DNA of 45,697 nucleotides. Origin: an uncultured Mycoplasmatota bacterium (GTDB lineage: Bacteria > Bacillota_I > Bacilli_A > RF39 > UBA660). The translations under genes and the position numbers were made by a program. Each line of letters opens with the position of its first letter. The first letter of the stretch is position 1. Below, piece after piece: positions 38,161 through 45,697 of this stretch. The notes under the pieces were generated by a model that was not told the origin of the DNA, ran no database searches, and was given only the letters and a program-made list of their open reading frames with translations. The stretch spans positions 1 through 45,697 of the forward strand of contig CAMMBX010000002.1 of NCBI GenBank assembly GCA_946494345.1, in the 5' to 3' direction.

Positions 38161-38673
38161 ATGTTTGATTTTTAATATAAAGTTTATGATGAAGTACTGG
38201 AGACAATGAAAAATAAAACTAAAAATATAGAAGTGAGATTATACAACGAAAAATCTAGTAAAATTAGAATAGACGATATAATAAAACTTAAGTTAGCGAA
38301 TGATGAGAACAAATATGTATTAGTAAAAGTTAAAAACTTAATAACGTATGAGAATGTTGATGATTTTTTAGAAAAGTTTGATTTAAAAATGGCGATAAAA
38401 GTACATAATAAAGAAAATGCTCTTGATACTTTATATAATATATTTGTAAAAGAAGAAGTGGATACCCAAGGTTTAAGAGCAAAATATTATGATGATGGTA
38501 TAGAAGAATTATATGATAGTTTAAATAAATTAATTGAAAGTAGAGATTTAGTTAATAAATTATTATTAAGTATAGTTGCAACTAAAGAATCTTTTGAATA
38601 TAATTATGAAAAGAATAATGAACATACGAAAAAACTTTTAAAAAATTATCAGCAAGTGAAAAGATATCAATAA
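38161..38673 (+). pseudogene. ASCH-domain protein gene interrupted by an in-frame TAA at codon 5
   Basis: A strong RBS GAGAGGAGA lies 6 nt before ATG 38161. The reading is MFDF-TAA-YKVYDEVLETMKNKTKNIEVRLYNEKSSKIRIDDII, where KxIEVRLYxEK is the conserved ASCH N-terminal strand. The track ORF starts only at the internal ATG 38206. Confidence 0.55.
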
Positions 38674-40108
38674 TTATAGATTAGGAAATTTAATAATTTT
38701 ACATTTTGTAAATTGTTTAGAATCGATTGCATTATATTGTGAAAGTAATTTATTAGCATAAGTCTTTCTTACACTTTCATAAAGGAAATCACTTTTTCTT
38801 ATAGCAACTGCAACATTTTCTATTGAAATACTGTCAGCCCCTTTTTGCATTGCTATTGAAAATGCTAATTCTAATATTGTTATAGAAGCATCGGGATTAT
38901 ATCTTTTATCGTTATATATATTATGCTTAGTATTAGACGTTTCTATAATATGATTAATAATTATCTCTTGTTCTGAAAAGTTAAAATTCCAACTAACATT
39001 AGTTATTTGTTCTAACTTTTTGATAGTCTCTTCAACAATTTGCACTAATAAATTTTTATTTGACCTCTATCTAAATATGGTTTTAATATATTTGCTAAGT
39101 CAAGAGTATTATGGTTTCCTTTTCCTGCACCTATTATAGTGTGGAATTCAGCTATAAACAAAATAGTATCAGGATTTTTAATTAAATACTGTACTAATTT
39201 TTCTACTTTTGCTTCTAATGCTCCAACAAAAGTACAACCTTGAATTATAGATGAAGTATTTACTTTTAATATTTTTTTGTTTTTTAATTTATTAGAAACT
39301 TGTCCATTCATTATTTTATAGGCAAGCCCTTCAACAATTGCAGTTTTTCCTACACCTGTTTCACCTACTAATATAGCAGATTTACTAGGCATTAAAAGAG
39401 CAATCTCTAAATTTTCTATTTCATTTTCACGACCAATTGCAGGATTTCTTATATAATCTTTATTTGTTAGAAATTCATAGTTTATACCTAGATTATTCAA
39501 AATAGGGGGTATTTGTTTATGATCTAACTCCTTTAAAAAACAGTCCCAATTGTGATAAGTAATATCATCCCTGGTATTATTTTGTATTTCTTTCCATAAT
39601 GAAATAGCTTTGTATAATGTTTCCTCAAAATTTTTATATTTTTCTTCTAGTGATTTTATGATTTCATTAAAACTTAGAAAGTCAGTACTGTTTATATGTT
39701 TTGAACTATTTGCAAAACTACTAAATTTAATACTATCTTTAGCTAAAGTTTCAATATGTTTTTTGTAGTTGATAGCATAGGTACAAACTGATTATAAAGT
39801 TCATTTATTGCTTTAATGTTATTATTAGTATTATTATCTTCATTTGTGGTTGTAGTTAACTGCGCATCATCTGTAATTTGTCTATAGTTATTAATTGAAT
39901 AATATGCTAAACAGGCAATATGTGCTAAGCCTTCCTCAAGAGATAGATAAAATTCATCAGATAAACCTTTTTCAAAACATCTTTCCATTTTTATGTTTAA
40001 TTTATCATTTTCTACAAAGAAAGTTATGATAATGTTCTCACTATTTATAATTAAAGATGTATTTCCATATTTATAAATATTTTCTACAGCTTGTGTCATT
40101 AAATTCAT
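38674..40108 (-). pseudogene. Clp/Hsp100 D1-like AAA+ ATPase with an unrecognised N-terminal domain, split into three frames
   Basis: Fragment A (40108-39743) has a strong AAGGAGG RBS. The frame of fragment B is open from 39791 to 39045 but has no start codon before the TTG at 39500. B carries PAIGRENEI, Walker A GETGVGKTAIVEGLA, and LANILKPYLDRGQIK. Fragment C (39045-38674) resembles the D1 lid domain. The frame switches coincide with an A6 run (39759-39764) and an A5 run (39053-39057). Confidence 0.6.
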
Positions 40109-40174
40109 ATAAAAAAGCCTCCTTTTAAATTAGTATATATACTAACATAAAGAAGTTATTTCCACAAGATTTTA

Positions 40175-40807
40175 TTAAAAATATAAGTACTTAAATCCTA
40201 AGTCTTTATATACTTCTGATGACTTAGGTAGATTTAAAATATTTGCAAATATTAGATTATATAATTCATCAAATAAGAAAATAGCACAGATTGTATAACT
40301 TAGTACTAAAAATGTTTTCTTAGGTAGTTTTCTTGCTAAATAAAAACAAAATGGTACTATTATATACATTAATAATAAAGCAGAAAGTCCAAAGATTAAA
40401 ACACTTCTTAGACATACATAACCATTGATACTACCAAAGCTTAATATTTCGGAATTATAATCCCAACATTTTATATGCATGATATGTTCCATAAAAGCTC
40501 CACCAATATATTCTAATATTCCTGCTGTTATCATGCTTACAATAAAAACAAATAGAGGATTTTTTCTTTTTTTGTAAGTTAATATATATATTAAAACAGC
40601 ACCTATGGCATAAATATTTATCCAAGGCAAGAAATTACCACCACGCCAGTATATTTCTTTCATACCACTATTAAAATAGTAAAATATTACTTCATATAAC
40701 CAACCAAACATTCCTGATATTACAATAATTAAACAAAATATTCCTAACATTGTTAATTTATCAAAGTGATGATTCTTAGTTAAATAATTTTTATACTTCT
40801 TTTTCAT
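40175..40807 (-). CDS. Polytopic membrane protein of the putative ABC-transporter type IV (CmpB/DUF1113-like) family
   Basis: 210 aa with about 6 TM segments and the motif GWLYEVIFYYF near the first TM segment. Confidence 0.55.
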   Translation of the reverse strand: MKKKYKNYLTKNHHFDKLTMLGIFCLIIVISGMFGWLYEVIFYYFNSGMKEIYWRGGNFLPWINIYAIGAVLIYILTYKKRKNPLFVFIVSMITAGILEYIGGAFMEHIMHIKCWDYNSEILSFGSINGYVCLRSVLIFGLSALLLMYIIVPFCFYLARKLPKKTFLVLSYTICAIFLFDELYNLIFANILNLPKSSEVYKDLGFKYLYF

Positions 40808-40983
40808 ACTACCTACATCCGTTCTTAAATTAAAAGATATTTTATCTCTTATATTGTAACAAAAAGATTAAGAGTTTTTAATATACATATTTTTTTCTTC
40901 TGTAAAATTAAGTAAATTAGACGATATTATGATATAATGTATAGACAAGTGGTATTTAATTTAAAATTAAGTGTGGAGTAAGT

Positions 40984-41907
40984 ATGAAAAAAATATTAAA
41001 AGTTATTGGTATTATCTTTATAGTTATAATAATTGTAGCAGTTTTATTATTTGTTTATCTTCAAATGCAGCCTTTTGTACCTACTGATTATATAGAAAAA
41101 GTAGAAACAGGTGGAGATATAGAAGCAAAGTATTTAAAGCTGGGTGATTATGACGTATCTTATATGGAAGTTGATACTGATGAGACATTTGAAAAGTATG
41201 AAATCTATTATCCTAGTAAAATGAAGAAAACGAATGATAAGTACCCTTTAGTTATCTTTGCTAATGGTACAGGAGTAAAGGCTTCTAGATATAGAGCTTT
41301 ATTTGAACATCTAGCATCATGGGGATTTATTGTGATTGGTAATGAAGATAGCTCATCTTGGAATGGATATTCTTCAGCGCAGTCTTTAGACTATATGATT
41401 AGACAGAATAATAATCAAAAGAGTATTTTTTATAATAAAATAGATGTAGATAATATAGGAATATCAGGTCATTCACAAGGTGGTGTCGCTGTGTTTAATG
41501 CTATTACTAATTATGATAATAGTAATATGTATAAAGTAGCGGTTGTATTGTCACCTGCTAATGAAGATCTTTCTACATTTTTAAATTGGCCTTATGATGT
41601 TACAAAAGTTAAAATACCTGTTATGATCGCTTCAGGGACAGAAGGCATTTTTGAAAATCAAATAGTTTTGCCTTTTGATAATTTAAAACAATTATATGAA
41701 GAACTTAATGTAGATAAATTAATGATTAGGAAAACTGGTTATATACATAGGCAAATGATATATCAAGCGGATGGTTATGTGACAGCATGGTTTATATGGC
41801 ATTTATATGATGATAAAAATGCAAGTGCAGCTTTTATTGGTAGTGATCCTGAAGTTTTAAGTAATAAATTATATCAAGATCAAAGAATAGATATTAAGGA
41901 AGAATAA
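40984..41907 (+). CDS. Membrane-anchored alpha/beta hydrolase (dienelactone hydrolase / lipase-like)
   Basis: N-terminal TM segment, nucleophile elbow GHSQGG, and PLVIFANGTG oxyanion-region motif. Confidence 0.7.
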   Translation: MKKILKVIGIIFIVIIIVAVLLFVYLQMQPFVPTDYIEKVETGGDIEAKYLKLGDYDVSYMEVDTDETFEKYEIYYPSKMKKTNDKYPLVIFANGTGVKASRYRALFEHLASWGFIVIGNEDSSSWNGYSSAQSLDYMIRQNNNQKSIFYNKIDVDNIGISGHSQGGVAVFNAITNYDNSNMYKVAVVLSPANEDLSTFLNWPYDVTKVKIPVMIASGTEGIFENQIVLPFDNLKQLYEELNVDKLMIRKTGYIHRQMIYQADGYVTAWFIWHLYDDKNASAAFIGSDPEVLSNKLYQDQRIDIKEE

Positions 41908-42001
41908 TACTTTATTTTACATATACTTTTGTAAAATAAAAATTAATGTTAAGTTTTAATAAAAATATATAGTATAATATTAGATAGTAGTGGAGGAAAA
42001 G

Positions 42002-42625
42002 ATGAAAAGAAAGATATTTTTAGGGGTTATTATAGTTATAGTAGTTGTATGTATAGGAGTGGGAGTTTTTTTATTAATCAATAATAGGAACTCTTCAGCT
42101 TTAAATGATATTGATATTAGTGCAGAAGATCTTAATAATGATAATGTAAATATTTTAATCGCTTATTATTCTTATAATGACAATGTTTTAGATCTTGCTA
42201 AGGAAATTCAAAATCAAACAGGGGGAGAGTTATGGCAAATAGAAAGAGCGGTTCCTTATACTAATTTTGAAGTGGAAGCATTAGATGAGATAAATAATAA
42301 TACTAGACCTCTTCTTGATAATACTAATGCTATTGAAGATATAAATGAATATCCTGTTATTTTTGTATGTTATCCTGTTTGGTGGAATAATGCACCTACT
42401 ATAATAAATTCATTTTTGGAAAGCTATGATTTAACTGGTAATGTTATTATACCTTTCCGAATAAGTTCTAGTGATGATGATATAAGTGTTAATAGTTTAA
42501 GACAGTCCGTTCCTGATAATGTAACTGTATTAGAGGGACTTAAATTAACAAATGAAGAAGTTACTTCAGGAAGTGGAAAAGAAGAAATTGCTAATTGGTT
42601 AAGTAGTTTTGCCGTATTTAAGTAG
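42002..42625 (+). CDS. Membrane-anchored flavodoxin-like protein (Flavodoxin_4-like)
   Basis: An N-terminal TM segment is followed by ILIAYYSYNDN and CYPVWWNNAP motifs. ATG 42002 follows GGAGGAAAAG; the track start is a GTG inside the RBS. Confidence 0.6.
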   Translation: MKRKIFLGVIIVIVVVCIGVGVFLLINNRNSSALNDIDISAEDLNNDNVNILIAYYSYNDNVLDLAKEIQNQTGGELWQIERAVPYTNFEVEALDEINNNTRPLLDNTNAIEDINEYPVIFVCYPVWWNNAPTIINSFLESYDLTGNVIIPFRISSSDDDISVNSLRQSVPDNVTVLEGLKLTNEEVTSGSGKEEIANWLSSFAVFK

Positions 42626-42662
42626 AAAAATCTCTTCATAGTGGAGAGATTTTTATTTTTTT
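42626..42662 (+). terminator. Rho-independent terminator
   Basis: AAAAATCTCT / AGAGATTTTT stem with a 9-nt loop, followed by ATTTTTTT. Confidence 0.65.
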
Positions 42663-42688
42663 GCATAAAATTATTATGGGAGGAATTT

Positions 42689-43300
42689 ATGTATAAATTA
42701 AAACCATTACCTTATTTATATCAGGATTTAGAACCATATATTGATACACATACTATAGGGCTTCACTATCATAAGCATCAACAGAATTATTTGAATAAAT
42801 TAAATGAATTATTATTAAAAAATAACTATGATTATAGATATAAATTAGAAGAATTATTTTATCATCTTGATTTGTTTCCTTTGGATGATAGAAAGAATAT
42901 TTTGTATAATTTGGGAGGTGTTTTAAATCATGACTTATACTTTAATAGTATGAGCCCTAGACAGGATAGAGAACCTAAAGGAAAGCTTCTTGAAGACTTA
43001 AAGAAGAAGTATGGTAGTTTGGCAAATTTTTTTGGTAAGTTTAAAGAAATGACGATGAGTTTAAAAGGATCTGGGTATACTTTTTTAGTAGTTACTAGTA
43101 ATGGAAATTTAGATATTATAAATTTATCTAATCAAGAACTGCCACAGTCTTATGGGTTTATTCCACTACTAAATATGGATATGTGGGAACATGCTTATTA
43201 TTTGAATTATAAAAATGAAAAAGAAAAATATATTGATAATTTTTTAATTGTTGCTGATTTTACTGAAGCAAGTCAAATTTATAATATGATTATGAGATAG
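42689..43300 (+). CDS. Fe/Mn superoxide dismutase
   Basis: LPYLYQDLEPYID, metal ligands in HYHKHQ, NH at residue ~80 and DMWEHAYY. ATG 42689 follows GGGAGGAA. Confidence 0.9.
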   Translation: MYKLKPLPYLYQDLEPYIDTHTIGLHYHKHQQNYLNKLNELLLKNNYDYRYKLEELFYHLDLFPLDDRKNILYNLGGVLNHDLYFNSMSPRQDREPKGKLLEDLKKKYGSLANFFGKFKEMTMSLKGSGYTFLVVTSNGNLDIINLSNQELPQSYGFIPLLNMDMWEHAYYLNYKNEKEKYIDNFLIVADFTEASQIYNMIMR

Positions 43301-43410
43301 TTAATTCTTATAATAAGTAAAATTATTATTAAAACAACTAAAAATTATGTTACAATGTAAGTAGGTTATGGTAATATCCTACTTTTAATAAGTATTTTTT
43401 TGGTGGTTAT

Positions 43411-44871
43411 ATGAAGAAGTTAAAATTGGCAATTCCTTATACTTTAGTATTTATTTTATTTGGAATTATTTTGTTTTTAAGCCCTATTTCAGGTGATGAT
43501 TGGGGTAATTATTTAGTCGGTAGAGAGGGAATATATCATTCTATTGGTAATGCAATAGGTATGTATTTTGATTGGGAAGGACGCTTTTTAAGTCGAGTGT
43601 TTATTAATATTCTTACTTACCATAAAGTAATTTGGAATTTAGTTAACAGTCTTGTTATTGTATCTATTGTTTATTTAATTGTGAAAATATTAAATTCCCA
43701 TAATAAAAAACTTATCTTTTTTCTTTCCCTTTTTATTATTATTTTTATGAATATTTATACTTTTTCTCAAATAATTGTTTGGATTGCAGGTAATATTACT
43801 TATTTATTTCCTATTCCATTATTGTTATATTACTTTTATCGAATACTTAATAATAAAGATAAAACTTTGGTATTTACTTTCTTATTAATAATATTAAATT
43901 TTATTATTCCTATGTTTGTAGAACATGTTGCAGGTGTTTTAGTAATATTTAATCTTATTATTAATATAGTTTATTTCATTAAATATAAGAAAGTTAATAA
44001 AAAGTATCTTGCTTATTTTATTGTTTCTATTTTAGGTATGGCAATTATGTATTTTAGTCCTGGAAATGTTAAGCGCTCTTTAATAGAAAACTTGGAATTT
44101 AATGAGTTATCTATATTTGGTAAAATAATTTATAATATTCCTAATTTTATTTATTATACATTTATTATTAATCCATATATGATTTTATTGATGGTAGTTG
44201 CTAATATTTATTTAATAAAAAATATTGTTTCTAATAAATATATTAAAGTAGCTAGTTATGTATATTTAACGATCTTACCTGTAGTAATTATAATTTTATG
44301 TTTAGTATCTAATTTTATTATGCAGCCATTTTTAACTATGTTTAATCAAAATAATATCTTTATTATTATTTACTTTATTAGTTATATCTTAGTTGAATTT
44401 ATTTTATTAATCATATTCTTTTATCGTAAAAATAAATATATTCCTTTTCTTTTCTTTATATTAGGAATAGCATCTAATGGTATTATGTTATTATCTCCTA
44501 CTTGGGGATACCGTACTAGTTTTTTAACTTATTTACTTTTATCTATAGCATTTATTTCTATTATTGATTGTTATGGTCATGAAAAGAAAATTATTAATTA
44601 TATATTATTTGCTTTTACTTGCATTGCTTTTACTTTTTATTTAATTTTATATATTAATTTGTATAGAGCACAACTAGATAGAGAAAAAGAAATAAAAAGA
44701 CAAATAGATAATGATATTATTTATATTGAAAAGTTCCCTAGTTATGTCAATTGCAATATTAATCCGGATAATCCTTATCACTTAGGTAAGTTTAAGGAGT
44801 ATTATAATATTAGACAAAGTACGCAAATAAAGCTTGTTGAAGAAAAATGGAAATATATAATTTTTTATTAG
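43411..44871 (+). CDS. Polytopic membrane protein, possible GT-C-like glycosyltransferase
   Basis: 486 aa with more than 10 TM segments and an early SGDDWGNY loop motif. The family was not verifiable. Confidence 0.45.
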   Translation: MKKLKLAIPYTLVFILFGIILFLSPISGDDWGNYLVGREGIYHSIGNAIGMYFDWEGRFLSRVFINILTYHKVIWNLVNSLVIVSIVYLIVKILNSHNKKLIFFLSLFIIIFMNIYTFSQIIVWIAGNITYLFPIPLLLYYFYRILNNKDKTLVFTFLLIILNFIIPMFVEHVAGVLVIFNLIINIVYFIKYKKVNKKYLAYFIVSILGMAIMYFSPGNVKRSLIENLEFNELSIFGKIIYNIPNFIYYTFIINPYMILLMVVANIYLIKNIVSNKYIKVASYVYLTILPVVIIILCLVSNFIMQPFLTMFNQNNIFIIIYFISYILVEFILLIIFFYRKNKYIPFLFFILGIASNGIMLLSPTWGYRTSFLTYLLLSIAFISIIDCYGHEKKIINYILFAFTCIAFTFYLILYINLYRAQLDREKEIKRQIDNDIIYIEKFPSYVNCNINPDNPYHLGKFKEYYNIRQSTQIKLVEEKWKYIIFY

Positions 44872-44902
44872 AGCTGAAAATAAAATATTTTAGCTTTTTT
44901 TG
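44872..44902 (+). terminator. Rho-independent terminator
   Basis: AGCT(G)AAAAT / TATTTTAGCT stem followed by TTTTTTT. Confidence 0.6.
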
Positions 44903-44991
44903 TTAATAATAATAGTGTAAACATTAAGCTTTTTTGTTTGTAAGTAAAAGCAAAATATTTTATGCTATATAATGATGAAAGGTAGTGTGTT

Positions 44992-45697
44992 ATGTTTTTA
45001 GATATAGTTATTTTATTAATAGGTTTTGTAATAATTGTTAAATCATCGGATGTTTTGGTAGATGCAGCATCTTCTTTAGCTTTAAAATTAAGAGTACCTA
45101 AGATGTTAATTGCCCTTACCATAGTATCATTTGGAACATGTGCTCCTGAAGTTGCTATTTCTTTTAGAAGTGTTGCATCTGGTGATGGAGTTATGGCTTT
45201 TGCCAATGTTGTTGGTAGTTGTATTGTAAATGTTTTCTTAATTATAGGTCTTGCTAGCTTTGTAAAGCCTATTAAAGTAAGACATGCTACTGTTAAAAAA
45301 GAATTGCCTTTATTACTAATTGTTACAACAGTTTTTTCACTTTTAATGTTAGATAGATTGTTTGATCCTTTAACTAGTAATGCTTTTTCAAGACGGGATA
45401 GTTTTATATTAATTCTATTGTTCTGTATGTTTGTTTTATATTTAGTGGGAATGTTATTTAAAAGAAATAAAGTTGTTGAGGATGAAGTAGGAAAAGGTAA
45501 GTTTTCTGTTATAGCTTCTTGTTTTTTATTACTTATTACTATTATTTTAATAATTTATAGTAGTGATATGATTATAAATTCTGCTAAGTCAATTGCAACT
45601 GCTTTAAATATAAGTGAGAAGGCAATTACTATGACTGCTATTGTAATAGGAACAAGCTTACCTGAGATGATTATGACTGTAACAAGTGCTAGAAAAG
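44992..45697 (+). CDS. Ca2+/Na+ antiporter (CaCA / YrbG-like), 5' partial that runs off the window end
   Basis: It is absent from the ORF track because it has no stop. The translation MFLDIVILLIGFVIIVKSSDVLVDAAS...GTCAPEVAIS...NVVGSCIVNV...GTSLPEM shows both alpha-repeat motifs (GTSxPE). Confidence 0.8.
   Translation, partial: MFLDIVILLIGFVIIVKSSDVLVDAASSLALKLRVPKMLIALTIVSFGTCAPEVAISFRSVASGDGVMAFANVVGSCIVNVFLIIGLASFVKPIKVRHATVKKELPLLLIVTTVFSLLMLDRLFDPLTSNAFSRRDSFILILLFCMFVLYLVGMLFKRNKVVEDEVGKGKFSVIASCFLLLITIILIIYSSDMIINSAKSIATALNISEKAITMTAIVIGTSLPEMIMTVTSARK

Noticed and set aside
39041-39066. TGA read as Trp (genetic code 4) to explain the Clp-like break, since a -1 frame reads RGQIKFISANC-TGA, which resembles Clp RGELRCIGATT.
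   Set aside because: TGA clearly serves as a stop elsewhere in the window (genes ending at 12780, 13643 and 14515, with ATGA or TGA-ATG coupling). That frame also hits further stops (TAA, TAG) within about 15 codons.
35115-40983. An integrated prophage or ICE bounded by a duplicated tRNA-Leu 3' end.
   Set aside because: No integrase, recombinase, or phage structural or conjugation genes are present. A visual scan of the candidate far boundaries (40109-40174 and 40808-40983) found no copy of the tRNA 3' segment. The region is kept only as a possible eroded island in the findings.
41911-41940. 10-bp inverted repeat TTTATTTTAC/GTAAAATAAA after the alpha/beta hydrolase gene as a terminator.
   Set aside because: The stem consists entirely of A/T pairs except one and has no downstream T-run. 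In DNA this AT-rich, such dyads arise by chance.
44868-45206. 112-aa minus-strand ORF at the right end of the window.
   Set aside because: It overlaps a + strand reading frame starting at ATG 44992 that encodes an obvious CaCA-type antiporter (GTCAPEV and GTSLPEM alpha-repeats). That gene is missing from the ORF track only because it runs off the window.

Overview
Very AT-rich, Firmicutes-type chromosomal window. It uses standard code 11: TGA is a stop, including in ATGA overlaps. YlbJ/YlbL synteny and the LCP, rhamnose and Gtr-type genes fit a low-GC Gram-positive organism, possibly a gut Clostridia or Erysipelotrichia lineage (inference only).

Layout:
1. 59-15976: a single-strand cell-wall polysaccharide locus. 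It holds a Wzm/Wzt-type ABC exporter, a two-domain GT2, several large polytopic membrane proteins, two GtrB-like GT2s, GtrA, Ugd, a Wzy/ligase-like protein and RfbA/C/D. No rfbB and no priming transferase are present in the window.
2. 15994-20808: a NatAB-like ABC transporter, a DUF4143-type ATPase, Ldh and a small membrane protein.
3. 20829-24581: a type IV pilus/Com-like module. A GspE/PilB-type ATPase sits divergent from a 630-aa pilin-like protein with an internally duplicated domain, followed by a minor pilin. No platform protein or prepilin peptidase is present.
4. 24578-35098: envelope genes. These are YlbJ, YlbL, a second DUF4143 ATPase, an LCP protein with a PASTA-like C-terminus, a dockerin-bearing peptidoglycan hydrolase next to a cohesin-bearing membrane anchor, and a phosphodiester glycosidase.
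5. 35115-40170: tRNA-Leu(GAG) followed by an accessory stretch. It holds a LexA-box-controlled Y-family polymerase with a YolD-like partner, an unannotated type III toxin-antitoxin locus (2.2 x 49-nt RNA repeats, terminator, ToxN/AbiQ/CptN-like ORF), an ASCH gene with an in-frame TAA, and a Clp-D1-like AAA+ gene broken at two homopolymers.
6. 40175-45697: a CmpB-like membrane protein, an alpha/beta hydrolase, a membrane-anchored flavodoxin-like protein, Fe/Mn SOD, another polytopic membrane protein and a partial CaCA antiporter.

The leads most worth follow-up are the type III TA locus, the pilin module lacking platform and peptidase genes, the cohesin-dockerin pair and the decayed Clp-like gene. 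All family assignments come from motif reading only; no database search was possible.
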